A stretch of DNA of 64,000 nt from Candidatus Omnitrophota bacterium (GCA_029261065.1 JAJDCB010000013.1:9868-73867), one strand, 5' to 3'; shown: positions 8,900 through 19,324, counted from the stretch's first letter. A program made the numbers and translations. The notes: generated by a model not told the origin, from the letters alone.

Positions 8900-10858
8900 T
8901 TAAAGCTTTGCCCCTTCCTCCTTAGCGGCAAAGAAAAAAGGGCCTACTAAATAGGCGGTATTATCCTTATTATCTGGCGTTATTCGAATTTCAACTTTAG
9001 CGGGAAATTCAAGATTTGTATTTTGTAAATTAATTTTAAATCGTTTATATGAAGGCCCATAACTTTGCTTGCCCTTTATCTCAACATCATTTATATGAAT
9101 AACAAAAGACGATCGTCCTTTCACGAAAAAAAGAATATTGTCGATATCATCATAGTTGACCGCGGCCTTCTTTATTAGAGGATTTTCTATCGTAGATTTA
9201 TCAGGAAGCAAATTCTGGAAATGATTTGGCGTTTTTATCTGTTCGATGTTAAAAAGATGCCCCGTATGCACATCTAAAAAAGTCTTAGCATTGGTCAATT
9301 CATAGTTCGATTCCAGTGCGTTTTTACTTTTTGTGTTTTGATAAGAGGTAATAATCCTCCCCTTTTCTATGGAAGGCAAAAACATCACGGGAACGACTCT
9401 TTCATAAAAAATATGGGGGTGAATAATTTGATACAAATTGTGCCTTCTCTCGGTTACCATGTTTGATTCACTTCCTGGATAAGATAAATAGATAGGCCAA
9501 AGACTTTTATCTGCTAAATATTTTTTAACTTCTTTTAAATTATTAACTAAATTTTGATTATCCTGACTCTCCCAATTATGAAAAGCCAACACAGGTTTCA
9601 AAGCTTGTTGCTGATGATATCCATTAGAGATATTTATCGCTGAAACCAAACACATCACAACAACAACATTCGTAAAACTTACAAAAACCCCTCTTAACAT
9701 TAATCCAAACAAAATAGCCCACAAAACAACATCACAATAAGTGTAATAATAATTAAAATAATAAAGGCTAGGAAACGTTGCATCCTCAGGCATAAAAAAA
9801 CTCTGCACCCCCCCATTATGCGGCAGAATAAACGTTTTTATCAGCATACTGAATATCAAAGCCCCCACCAATTTCCAATCAACACTCTTTAAGTGTTTGA
9901 CGATAAGAAAAATTAATAACAAACTAGAAATAAACGCGGCAAAGCCAAGAACATCCATCTGCCAATTGCCCATATTATTTCTTAAGAAATAAACAAAGAA
10001 CGAACGAAACACATCCCATAGCGTATGGGGATCAAGAACATATTTAAAAAGTTGCCCAAGATGGTCAAACTGAGCCCCCGTTTGGCCATGGGTGGCATAA
10101 ATATGATAACTTCGATAACTTAAGAAAACAGCACTCAAGAATCCAAACAAAACTGAAACCGAACCAATTAAAACCTTTCTATCACATAACGACTTCATAC
10201 CATCCCTTAAACTTAAGTAAACAAATGGAATAAAAACAAAAATAAAAGCAATTTCATCTGTTAGTAATGCCAGAAATAATGAAAAGAAAAAAAGAACAAC
10301 CTTAAACAATCTCCTTTGACCAAGAGGTCGTTGCCAGGCAGCAACAATGATCCAACTGATCAATATAAATGTCATGACAAGCAACTTGGCATTTCTAAAA
10401 GGAAATAAAAGTGTTGTTAAAGCGATGCCGGCATTTAATAACATGCCAGCACCAATAATCGCAACAATATACGATTTCGATAAATAATAAAGAAGCAACC
10501 CAACCAAAAACACATTTAACAGATGAATCCCAATTAACGTATAGTTTTTAAAAAAACCTATTTCAAAGATCTGCCAAAATTTAAATGACAACATCTCCAT
10601 ATAATAGGAAAACTGTCGTGTGCGATAAGTGCCATCAACATATCGACTGGTAAAGGGCTTTGTGATATCTTTACGCGTTATGCCTGTATGCAAGTGAAAA
10701 TCATCACGATCATCCATCGACCAGTAAATACGTTGATCGACAAGTTCGTTTTGAAGCCAATAAATGGGTTGTTGATTGACATAGAGAAAAAGCCCAAGAT
10801 GAGCCACAACAAACACGATTAAGGCAACTTTTATTTTAAGAGATAACGTCTCTATCAT
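8900..10858 (-). CDS. Polytopic membrane protein, remote GT-C glycosyltransferase-like
   Basis: About 11 TM segments, with HLLNVFLVGLLLY and LALLTDE resembling the GT-C core of the adjacent paralogs; soluble C-terminal domain, no TPR. Start at 10858 or 10888. Confidence 0.6.
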   Translation of the reverse strand: MIETLSLKIKVALIVFVVAHLGLFLYVNQQPIYWLQNELVDQRIYWSMDDRDDFHLHTGITRKDITKPFTSRYVDGTYRTRQFSYYMEMLSFKFWQIFEIGFFKNYTLIGIHLLNVFLVGLLLYYLSKSYIVAIIGAGMLLNAGIALTTLLFPFRNAKLLVMTFILISWIIVAAWQRPLGQRRLFKVVLFFFSLFLALLTDEIAFIFVFIPFVYLSLRDGMKSLCDRKVLIGSVSVLFGFLSAVFLSYRSYHIYATHGQTGAQFDHLGQLFKYVLDPHTLWDVFRSFFVYFLRNNMGNWQMDVLGFAAFISSLLLIFLIVKHLKSVDWKLVGALIFSMLIKTFILPHNGGVQSFFMPEDATFPSLYYFNYYYTYCDVVLWAILFGLMLRGVFVSFTNVVVVMCLVSAINISNGYHQQQALKPVLAFHNWESQDNQNLVNNLKEVKKYLADKSLWPIYLSYPGSESNMVTERRHNLYQIIHPHIFYERVVPVMFLPSIEKGRIITSYQNTKSKNALESNYELTNAKTFLDVHTGHLFNIEQIKTPNHFQNLLPDKSTIENPLIKKAAVNYDDIDNILFFVKGRSSFVIHINDVEIKGKQSYGPSYKRFKINLQNTNLEFPAKVEIRITPDNKDNTAYLVGPFFFAAKEEGAKL

Positions 10859-10868
10859 AGTCTTTCCA

Positions 10869-12647
10869 TTAAGAACTAACTTGTTCAATTTGATTAATAT
10901 ATTTTTCTAACTTTTTAATACCTAATGATTTTGCTTTGATCGCATCATTTAAGGCTTTTTTAAAGGAACGAATTTTAAAATATAATAAGGATCGTTTAAG
11001 ATAAGCTTGAGCAAATCCAGGATTGTTTTGGATGCAAAAAGAAAAATCATTAATAGCATCATCCACCCTATTTAAGGCCGTATAGACTAAGGCTCTATTA
11101 AAATACGTCTCGTAAGCATTGGCGTCAATAGCAATGCTTTTCGAGTAATCTTTTAAACTCTCTTCGTAATTTTTCTGTTTATACAGTAGATACCCTCGAT
11201 TATTGTACGCTTTGCTGTATTGAGGATTTATGTAAATGACCGTCTTTAGATCTTGAATCGCTAGCGCGTCCTGATTACGCTTCATATAAAGAGAAGCGCG
11301 GTTATTAAAAGCTTCAAAAAATCTAGAATTTAAAAGCACCGCTTGATTAAAATCCCGTAAGGCATCTTCCAATCGATTCTCATCCATAAAATACAATCCA
11401 CGTCCGTTATGGGCCATCGCTGTAATCGCATCATTGTCTCGATGATGCTCAAGAATTCTCGCCCAAAAATGAGGACTATCTTTCCAAACAGCTGTTTGTT
11501 GAGAACTTGTACAACCTAAGATAAGAAAAACAAAAACCCCCATCCCTCCTACACATTTCCCTAAATACTTTCCATTATATCTAGCCCATTTCATTAAGCG
11601 CTCAAAACCAACGCCTAGCAATATGATAATACCTACGCTCGGTAAATACATAAATCGATCCGCGACAATAGTTAAGTCTTGGCCTTCATCAAATCGAAAT
11701 AAAAAGAAGGCTGATAAAAAGTAATAACCTACAGCAAACTTAAACAGTCTCAAACGAGGCAATGTAATGACACATAAAACTAAGACATGAAAAAGCAAAC
11801 AAGATGACAAGTAGGATGGGTGAAAAAAAGAGATCGGTTTTGGTAATGTGTATAAAGGCAATAAATTGTTCGGCCAGAAAAAAGATTTAATGTAAAAAGT
11901 TGCACTCCAAATCCATATCAAAATACCATGACCTACATCTTCTATGGGGTTACGCATATGCAATCTATAGGTCAACCAAGCCAGTGGCACAATGTATAAA
12001 AAAAACGGGATCTTATTTAATAAACTTATCTTTACATCTCTGTTATCCTTATACCAATCCATCAACAACAAAATCAAAGGTAAACTTAAGGCCATGGGCT
12101 TTGCCAACATACTTAAACAACCAAAACCTAACGCCCAAAAATACCCCGTCTTCTCTCCCTTAATCAAAAACTGTCCATACTGATACAACGCCAGAAGATA
12201 AAACAAACTATACAGCACATCTTTACGCTCTGTAATCCACGCTACAGATTCGACATGTATGGGATGAATTCCAAATAGAAGGCTTGCAAAAAAACCAACC
12301 CCTAATGAACCTCCCCACTGACGAACAAGCAAAAAAATTAAAACGACACACGCAATATGAAGAAGAAGATTATTAAGATGATAGATAAATGGATCGAGCT
12401 TAAAAAAATGATATTCGATGGCAAATGACAATATGGTCAAAGGCACATAAGTATCACTTATGGTTTTCGAAAATATTTCCTTTATCCCTACTGGATTTAA
12501 ATGACGGACAGAAACATTCTCCGATAGATGCCTACGATCATCCCAAGTCACAAAATCATACTGCAATACGGGACGAAAAACAAAAAAAGTTATCCCGGCG
12601 GACAACAATATTAAAAATAAAGGTAATGAAAATAACTTTCTAATCAT
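10869..12647 (-). CDS. TMTC-like GT-C glycosyltransferase with C-terminal TPRs
   Basis: WDD loop, YVPLT, HLNNLLLH, HPIHVESVAWITERKD, KP, ADRFMYLP and W.D, then about 5 TPRs (AxNNRG). Confidence 0.9.
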   Translation of the reverse strand: MIRKLFSLPLFLILLSAGITFFVFRPVLQYDFVTWDDRRHLSENVSVRHLNPVGIKEIFSKTISDTYVPLTILSFAIEYHFFKLDPFIYHLNNLLLHIACVVLIFLLVRQWGGSLGVGFFASLLFGIHPIHVESVAWITERKDVLYSLFYLLALYQYGQFLIKGEKTGYFWALGFGCLSMLAKPMALSLPLILLLMDWYKDNRDVKISLLNKIPFFLYIVPLAWLTYRLHMRNPIEDVGHGILIWIWSATFYIKSFFWPNNLLPLYTLPKPISFFHPSYLSSCLLFHVLVLCVITLPRLRLFKFAVGYYFLSAFFLFRFDEGQDLTIVADRFMYLPSVGIIILLGVGFERLMKWARYNGKYLGKCVGGMGVFVFLILGCTSSQQTAVWKDSPHFWARILEHHRDNDAITAMAHNGRGLYFMDENRLEDALRDFNQAVLLNSRFFEAFNNRASLYMKRNQDALAIQDLKTVIYINPQYSKAYNNRGYLLYKQKNYEESLKDYSKSIAIDANAYETYFNRALVYTALNRVDDAINDFSFCIQNNPGFAQAYLKRSLLYFKIRSFKKALNDAIKAKSLGIKKLEKYINQIEQVSS

Positions 12648-12648
12648 A

Positions 12649-14595
12649 TTATTTCTGTTTTGATTTTTTCAAAAGAGACTCGACCTTAAGCGTATCAATA
12701 TGTGATTTTTTTAAATCTCCTAATTGCTGAAACACCAAAGCTCTATTTTGATAAGCCAAGATATAGTCTGGTTTTAGGTCAATCACATTATTATAATCAT
12801 CAAGTGCGCGTTGATATTTCTTCTGCCCATAATAAATACCAGCCCTATTAAAATAGGCGTCTGGATAATTTGGTTTAAGCTCAAGGGCTTTATTGATGTC
12901 CGCTAACGCCTTATCCCACTCATTCATAAGTCGATAAACGACCCCACGATTATGATAACCTTGAGCAAAAGAAGGATAAATAAGGACGGATTGTGTAAAA
13001 CTTTTAAGAGCTAAAGGATACTTTTGTAATTTTTTATAAATATTGCCCCTATTATTGTAAGCTTTAAAATATGCAGGTTGCAATTCAATCGCCTTTGCAT
13101 AATCATTGAGGGCTTTTTGATCATCACCCAATGCAGCCCAACAAATGGCGCGATTATAATAACTTCTTGAAAACTGATTTTCGATTGTAATAGCCTGCGA
13201 TAAATCCTTAATTGCCAAATCATATTTTCTCAACACAATATAGAGAAAACCCCTATTATTATACGCACGATAATGATTACTTTTAAGAGCAATCGCATGA
13301 GTAAAGTCATCTAAAGCCAATGAGACCTGCCCTTGGGATTGATAACTTACTCCACGATTATTTAAGGCAATAACCTGATCAGAATCATATTTTAAAAGAT
13401 GCGTCCACAAACTCACATTGTCTTTCCAAAGTAAAGATTGCATTCGTGTTTTCATCCCCATTGTAAAAATCAATACGATGATGGCACATACTATAAATCC
13501 TTTTAAATTTCTTATATTTAAACCCCACTCACACATTATCCCCAACAACAGACAAAACCCTAAACTCGGTAAATACATAAATCGATCCGCAACGATATTG
13601 ACATCCACCGTATTATCAAAACGCAAAAGAAAGAAAATAGAAAGAAAGTAATACAATAACGCAAAGATCACCCATTTTTTTTGACGAAAAATATAAAAAG
13701 ACATCAAAACACCACAAAAAATTATTACAGCCCAAAAATAGGACAAATTTAAAAAATGAACTGGCGTGGGAAGTTGATAAATAGGCAATAAAACAAAAGG
13801 TGCGGCAAACTTCTGAATATAAAAAGAAAAAGACCATATCCAGATAAGTAGGGCATCTTGAGCATTCTCTCCTGGTACTCTGGCATTTAGAAAATATGTG
13901 ATTAATACAATAGGGATAATATAGGCAAGGTAAGAAAGTTTTTCAAAAAACAACGCTTTATCAAATTTCCTTTTATAAAACCAATCAAAAAGCAGCAACA
14001 CCAGAGGTAAACTTAGAGCCATAGCTTTTGATAAGATACTTAATAAACCAAATAACAATGACAAACGAAACATTTTATGATGCCCGAATCGGGCATAAGA
14101 TCCATAAGAGAGCAATGCAAGCAAATAAAACAAAGAATATAAGACATCCTTCCTCTCTGTCACCCAAACAACACTCTCTACATGCATCGGATGAATGCCA
14201 AATACAAGAGCAGCCAAACTCGCCCCGCGCACACCCACCCCCATTTGTTGGGCTAAAAAAAACACCAATGCCACGTTAAACAAATGAAGCAATAAGTTTG
14301 TAAAATGATAAACAAAGGGATTAAATTTAAAAAAATGATATTCAATGGCAAAAGAAAGAGTTGTTAAAGGAACATATGTTTGAAATACAGTTGAAGAAAA
14401 AATTTTTAAAATATTTTGGGGAGCTAAAGATCGTACTTCAATATTATTGAGCAAATGGCCATCATTATCCCAATTGGAAAACTCATTGTTTAATGCAGAG
14501 GAAAATGTCAAGGCCACGACACTTAAAATAACGACCAAATAAATCGGCCAACGCGCTTGTTGTGAGAGATTGTTAGGAGATGTTATCATGAGCAA
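12649..14595 (-). CDS. TMTC-like GT-C glycosyltransferase with C-terminal TPRs (tandem paralog)
   Basis: WDN loop, YVPLT, HFTNLLLH, HPMHVESVVWVTERKD, ADRFMYLP and WKD, then about 7 TPRs. Confidence 0.9.
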   Translation of the reverse strand: MLMITSPNNLSQQARWPIYLVVILSVVALTFSSALNNEFSNWDNDGHLLNNIEVRSLAPQNILKIFSSTVFQTYVPLTTLSFAIEYHFFKFNPFVYHFTNLLLHLFNVALVFFLAQQMGVGVRGASLAALVFGIHPMHVESVVWVTERKDVLYSLFYLLALLSYGSYARFGHHKMFRLSLLFGLLSILSKAMALSLPLVLLLFDWFYKRKFDKALFFEKLSYLAYIIPIVLITYFLNARVPGENAQDALLIWIWSFSFYIQKFAAPFVLLPIYQLPTPVHFLNLSYFWAVIIFCGVLMSFYIFRQKKWVIFALLYYFLSIFFLLRFDNTVDVNIVADRFMYLPSLGFCLLLGIMCEWGLNIRNLKGFIVCAIIVLIFTMGMKTRMQSLLWKDNVSLWTHLLKYDSDQVIALNNRGVSYQSQGQVSLALDDFTHAIALKSNHYRAYNNRGFLYIVLRKYDLAIKDLSQAITIENQFSRSYYNRAICWAALGDDQKALNDYAKAIELQPAYFKAYNNRGNIYKKLQKYPLALKSFTQSVLIYPSFAQGYHNRGVVYRLMNEWDKALADINKALELKPNYPDAYFNRAGIYYGQKKYQRALDDYNNVIDLKPDYILAYQNRALVFQQLGDLKKSHIDTLKVESLLKKSKQK

Positions 14596-14609
14596 CTATT
14601 TAAAGTCAG

Positions 14610-16016
14610 TTATTCTGCGGTTCTGCTAATAAAAAATTTTGTTTCACCTGCCTGCAATGATAGGTTCGCAAGAATCTTTTTATCATGATAAATTTTATAC
14701 TGTCCCGGTTCTAGGATGAGACGAGAAATTCGAATCTCAGAAGGTAGAGTTTGCCAAGAACGCACATCTGCTTGTTCACTGGAGAGATTAAATAATGTGC
14801 TTAAAAAATTAAAGCCTTCGGAAGCACCCTCTCCATATTTCTTTTCAATAACATCGCTTTGTTGACTCTCAAGCAGATATTTTCCAGCAGAACGAACGGT
14901 AGCTTTTGAAATAATTCTTGTCTGACGACTCTTTAGATTGGCTACAGCAATTTGCGATATGTTTTCCACTTGAATAAGCCCCTCAATAAATACTTTTTTA
15001 TCATCACCAACAGCCTTCAAATAACTATCCACGGTTGAATATGATCTTTCATCATATTTAGGAAAAGCTAACTTGGCTAATATACCATTGGGTAGTGGTA
15101 TTGGAAGATGCGACTCATATTTAATGGGTGAATATCCTTGATACTCAATCAAATAAACCTGTGATTTTTTGGATTTCTCCTCATAAGAGATGAAGCGCAC
15201 ATCTTTAAATTTCTTTTTCATCTTTGATAACTTGTCTTTATCAAAAACAGAGGCCAACGTCAGAATATTTTCCTTAAGAATCCTTGGTGTTTTCGTATTA
15301 TAATTTGGCCGATAACTTTTCTCATATACGTTTAAGGCTTGTTTATACGAAATATAGGCATCATTAAGATTATCCAAACCCGCTTGAGCTTCATAAAGCG
15401 CTCCCATCAAAAGTCTGGCAAAAGCATCTTCTTTATATACATTCAATCTATCTTTTTTGTATTGGCCATTAATCAATTTTAACATACGATCCACATCACG
15501 CGCCTCCACTAGAGCTTCTTCAAATTGACCACCTTGAGCAAAATTAAGAGACTGAAAAATATTGAGCAAAACACGCTCAAAATCCTCTCCCCTATAATTG
15601 TCTGTATTATCATTAATAAGCCATGTGCTGGCTTTCTGTGTGAGAGAACGTGTATAGAGCTGATCATATAAATCCTTAGCCTGCTCAAAGACTTGAATGC
15701 TTTGCTCATACTTACCAGCTAACTGTAAAACCATACCATAATCAAACAAATACAACAGTTGATTATTTTTACCATAATGCTCTTCGTTTTCTTCTAGGAT
15801 TTTTAAGGCGTGCTGATGCTTATTGGCAATAACAAGAGCATTAATTTGCGGTTGAATAAGGGTGCTCTTCGATGAGCACCCTGAAAGGAATAAAACACAT
15901 AGACAAAAAAACCCACATCTTTTGATGCAAATTTTCTTAAATACTCGATCCCAAATTCTTAAATGGAAAATCTTGATTTTTTGACAACCTTCTTGATTTG
16001 CTTCTGACCAATCCAT
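14610..16016 (-). CDS. COG3014-like TPR lipoprotein
   Basis: Lipobox LSGC, LLYLFDYG, Y.GEDFE, EALVEAR and ADVRSWQTLP; follows an LpoB-like gene, as is usual for this family. Start uncertain. Confidence 0.8.
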   Translation of the reverse strand: MDWSEANQEGCQKIKIFHLRIWDRVFKKICIKRCGFFCLCVLFLSGCSSKSTLIQPQINALVIANKHQHALKILEENEEHYGKNNQLLYLFDYGMVLQLAGKYEQSIQVFEQAKDLYDQLYTRSLTQKASTWLINDNTDNYRGEDFERVLLNIFQSLNFAQGGQFEEALVEARDVDRMLKLINGQYKKDRLNVYKEDAFARLLMGALYEAQAGLDNLNDAYISYKQALNVYEKSYRPNYNTKTPRILKENILTLASVFDKDKLSKMKKKFKDVRFISYEEKSKKSQVYLIEYQGYSPIKYESHLPIPLPNGILAKLAFPKYDERSYSTVDSYLKAVGDDKKVFIEGLIQVENISQIAVANLKSRQTRIISKATVRSAGKYLLESQQSDVIEKKYGEGASEGFNFLSTLFNLSSEQADVRSWQTLPSEIRISRLILEPGQYKIYHDKKILANLSLQAGETKFFISRTAE

Positions 16017-16570
16017 ACTTTTTCATTGGACTCTAAGTTCACTAACTCTAAATTCACTTGATAAAATACAACCGACTTCCCCTTAACCTCATCAATCACA
16101 GAATCAATACTCCCCATCATCAAAAAATCAGCCCCTTTTTCTCTTCCGTGTTTTTTTATCGTTTCCTCAAGCGTGTAGCCATCTTGTTGATCAGCTCGCT
16201 CAGCTCGCAACTGCTCTCTTTCTAAAGATGATGCAACGAAGATTACTTTTCCTGAATTAAGCAACTCACGCTCCAAATACTTTACAAAAACACTCGAATT
16301 TACATGCTCATGCGTACGATTATGCACGTGACCAACAATAACAATAGGGTTTTTTCCATTTTCTTTTATATAGTTTATTAACCATGGACGATCTAAAGAA
16401 TCTCCCACCATCTCCTTTGAAACCTCCATCGCATCATAATCATTCCAGTCACCACTCAAATCTATCATTTCATCAATATCAACACGTGTCACCTTCGTTC
16501 GCGCACATCCAACCCCAACAGTGCAAAGTAAAACAAGAATCGAAAACAATTTCATATTTTTTGATAACAT
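15959..16570 (-). CDS. lpoB: Penicillin-binding protein activator LpoB-like lipoprotein
   Basis: Lipobox VGVGC, DLSG.WND.D, NRTHEH, GADF..G.I.S and YQV.LELV..E..EKVW; SD AAAGGAGG upstream. Confidence 0.82.
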   Translation of the reverse strand: MLSKNMKLFSILVLLCTVGVGCARTKVTRVDIDEMIDLSGDWNDYDAMEVSKEMVGDSLDRPWLINYIKENGKNPIVIVGHVHNRTHEHVNSSVFVKYLERELLNSGKVIFVASSLEREQLRAERADQQDGYTLEETIKKHGREKGADFLMMGSIDSVIDEVKGKSVVFYQVNLELVNLESNEKVWIGQKQIKKVVKKSRFSI

Positions 16571-16591
16571 ATTAAACCTCCTTTAAAATTA

Positions 16592-16882
16592 TTAAGAAGT
16601 CGTTTCTAAAAAATTTCGTTTTTTATAAATAAGCCTTAAATTACGTAGATAAACAACGATTCCCATTGACTGACCAAGAATAAATACAGGATCTTGTCGA
16701 AATATCGCATACGTTAATAAAAGAAGGCCCCCACCTAAACTAAAATACCAAAAGGCAATGGGGATATGACTTTCTTTTTTTATCTCAGAACAAATCCACT
16801 GAATCAGAAATCGCATACTAAACATTAACTGTCCGCCAAATCCTAATATTAGCAACCAATGCGAAATAAAAAAATCTTTCAT
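16592..16882 (-). CDS. Lipid A biosynthesis N-terminal (LAB_N) domain membrane protein
   Basis: GFGGQLMFSMRFLIQW..SE...S.IP.AFWYFS.GG.LLL.YA..R.DPVFILGQ..G..VY.RNL. Confidence 0.92.
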   Translation of the reverse strand: MKDFFISHWLLILGFGGQLMFSMRFLIQWICSEIKKESHIPIAFWYFSLGGGLLLLTYAIFRQDPVFILGQSMGIVVYLRNLRLIYKKRNFLETTS

Positions 16883-17595
16883 GCTTTTCCTCTTGATTTT
16901 AATATCTTAAAAAAATCGCGAACGACACGAAAAATTCTTTTATGGCTGTACTTCGTTACTCCATACTGCCTATTACGATGATGGGAAACAATTTCCCCTA
17001 TTCTATAACCTTGTAATGACAAACACAACGGAATAAATCGATGCTGCCCCTCCCAATTCAAAGGAATATTTTTAGCACACTCATGTGTATAAATACGTAA
17101 TGTGCATGACACATCATGGATCTTAAGACCAGTAAATAACCTTTGTAAAACATTCCCCCCCTTTGACAATCTAGCCTTTACAAAGGTATCTTGACGGGCC
17201 TTACGCCATCCACACACACAATCAAAGCCTTCTTTCATTTTTTCCAATAATTTAGGGATATCTGCTGGATCATTTTGTAAATCAGAATCAAGAGTGGCGA
17301 CAATCTTACCACGAACAGCTGCAATGCCTTTTGACATAGCATGTGTTTGCCCTCCCCTTTCTTTTAAATCAACGAATTGAACAATTTCCGGAATTTCTTT
17401 TTGAAAGGTTTCAACTATTTCTTTAGACTGATCCGTTGATCCATCGTTAACAAAAACAATTTCATAACGTTGGCCTAAAGGTGTCATGGCATTCAATATT
17501 TCTGCAAACAAAGGTTTCAGGGATCCCTCTTCATTATAAAGTGGAATAACGATGGAATATTCAATCGGTTTTTTTGTAATTAAATCTTCAGACAA
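16879..17595 (-). CDS. GT2 glycosyltransferase, polyprenyl-phosphate sugar synthase (ArnC/DPM1-like)
   Basis: SIVIPLYNEE, VNDGSTD, LDSDLQNDP, GWR..R.D, HRFIP and R..G.TKY. Confidence 0.93.
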   Translation of the reverse strand: MSEDLITKKPIEYSIVIPLYNEEGSLKPLFAEILNAMTPLGQRYEIVFVNDGSTDQSKEIVETFQKEIPEIVQFVDLKERGGQTHAMSKGIAAVRGKIVATLDSDLQNDPADIPKLLEKMKEGFDCVCGWRKARQDTFVKARLSKGGNVLQRLFTGLKIHDVSCTLRIYTHECAKNIPLNWEGQHRFIPLCLSLQGYRIGEIVSHHRNRQYGVTKYSHKRIFRVVRDFFKILKSRGKA

Positions 17596-19324
17596 GGGAG
17601 TCCTTTTTTAATAATATTATTTTTTCCATAAAGTAATCATACACAGTTTCTTGGTCTAATGTTACTAGAGCCTTAAAAAAACCTTTGTCTATATTTAATC
17701 TCTTCCGAAAGATGTAATCTTCATAAAAAATGTCATGTTCGTATTTATCTAGAACTTCCCTCTTATAAGCTAGATAATCCTCTTCAATCATCAAACAATA
17801 AACACCCTCTGATGAAGACATCAATTGATTCAGCTTACCCTTTGTTTCTTCAACACTACTGGCTGCTGATTTGATAACTTGTTGATCAAAAAATACTTGC
17901 AGCTTTTTTTCATGGATGTCATGACTTCCCACCCCAACCAGGTAAGAATCCTGATTCTGCTCAATTATCTGAGCGATCCGTTGCAATGGAGCTTGTTCCG
18001 TAACACCCGCCTGATTTAGTATCGCAGACTGAGAGTACACGCCCAGCAACAAAACCCCTAAACATGCCGGAGCAATAAAAGGTTTTCTCAACCTTAACAT
18101 ACTCAGAATTCCTGCAACGAATATGGCCCCAATAAGCAACAACCACATTCTGTTTGCCCCCACCAAAAAAATTATTAAGAAACTATAAGCAACGACACCT
18201 ACTGTAAAAGTAAAAATAAGCATATATTTTCTAAAACCAGTAAGTATCTGTAATAGAACATGTTGACCTTCTAATGGGTCTAGCAAAAAATAGGACACTA
18301 ATATCGCAAATGGCGTTGTTAACACCAGCATATAATGATTAATTCTCACATGAAGCAATGAAAAGAACAAAAACACAGAAAAAAACCAAATTAAAACAAA
18401 CTGAAAAGACCTTTGCTCATTAGTCCTTTTTTTATAAACGGATAAAGTATACGGAATCGCAACAAATATAAAAATAGACCATGGGGCAAAATATGAAAAA
18501 ATAACATTACTATAATACAATATTTTATTAAAAAAATCTCGAATTCTAAAGAAAATATCAAACCCATGATCCTGATGAGAAAGCCTGTTTTGAGTTTCCT
18601 CTATAAGCATATAATCAAGATACTGTTGGCCATGAGTATAAATCATATATAAAAACCAAGGTGCAATTATCAATAACATTAACATCATACCTTGGCCAAA
18701 TTTCCACTCCTTAAGACTTCCCTTTTGCTTGAGTCCTAATGTAAAAACCAATGCACAGACTATAGGAATGAAGGCCGCAAATCCTTTAATTAAAAAACCT
18801 AAAGCGCAGGATACAAAAAATAGAATTCTAAACTTTAGGTCACTGGATTTATTTAAAAATGTCCAAACGCAGTACATGCTTAAAACAATAAAAAAGTTCA
18901 TCGGCATATCAGGAACAACTTCTTTAGCATGACGAAAAAATAACGGCGTAGTCATCAAAATAACAACAGACAAATGAGCAATACGTTTATTAAATAATTC
19001 TTTAGCTAAGAGCCATGACAAAATGAGGCTGAAGGCACCAAAAACGGAAGCAACAAAACGCGCTGAAAACCAATTAACGCCCATTAATTTATATGAGAAG
19101 AGAATGAACCAATAATATAGAATAGGTTTTTGAAAACGGTCTTCACCGAAATAGGTAGGAGATAGATAATTTTTTGTTTCAACCATTTCCTGAGTACTCT
19201 GATAATAAAATATCTCATCATCCCTGTACTCAAGACCATGTATGGCAAGCCCACGTGTAAAAATGAAAAGGCTAACGATTAATATGATCACAGGCCCAAA
19301 AAACCTGTTCTTAATAATTGTCAT
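17588..19324 (-). CDS. ArnT/PMT_2 (GT39/GT83-like) membrane glycosyltransferase
   Basis: DE..Y...qEM, R..KP.LYYW, AR, D.p..FF, KG and PW motifs; about 12 TM segments. Confidence 0.88.
   Translation of the reverse strand: MTIIKNRFFGPVIILIVSLFIFTRGLAIHGLEYRDDEIFYYQSTQEMVETKNYLSPTYFGEDRFQKPILYYWFILFSYKLMGVNWFSARFVASVFGAFSLILSWLLAKELFNKRIAHLSVVILMTTPLFFRHAKEVVPDMPMNFFIVLSMYCVWTFLNKSSDLKFRILFFVSCALGFLIKGFAAFIPIVCALVFTLGLKQKGSLKEWKFGQGMMLMLLIIAPWFLYMIYTHGQQYLDYMLIEETQNRLSHQDHGFDIFFRIRDFFNKILYYSNVIFSYFAPWSIFIFVAIPYTLSVYKKRTNEQRSFQFVLIWFFSVFLFFSLLHVRINHYMLVLTTPFAILVSYFLLDPLEGQHVLLQILTGFRKYMLIFTFTVGVVAYSFLIIFLVGANRMWLLLIGAIFVAGILSMLRLRKPFIAPACLGVLLLGVYSQSAILNQAGVTEQAPLQRIAQIIEQNQDSYLVGVGSHDIHEKKLQVFFDQQVIKSAASSVEETKGKLNQLMSSSEGVYCLMIEEDYLAYKREVLDKYEHDIFYEDYIFRKRLNIDKGFFKALVTLDQETVYDYFMEKIILLKKDSLV

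Noticed and set aside
10869-13400. Repetitive AxNNRG pattern as a possible DNA repeat array or diversity-generating target
   Set aside because: These are ordinary degenerate TPR protein repeats; no reverse transcriptase or near-identical template repeat is visible.
13011-13837. Short alternative-frame minus-strand ORFs inside long genes (also 15509, 17961, 19525, 25380, 32779, 36945, 38986, 39941, 57189)
   Set aside because: They are nested out of frame in confident CDSs, and the host genes are intact, so there is no evidence of frameshifting.
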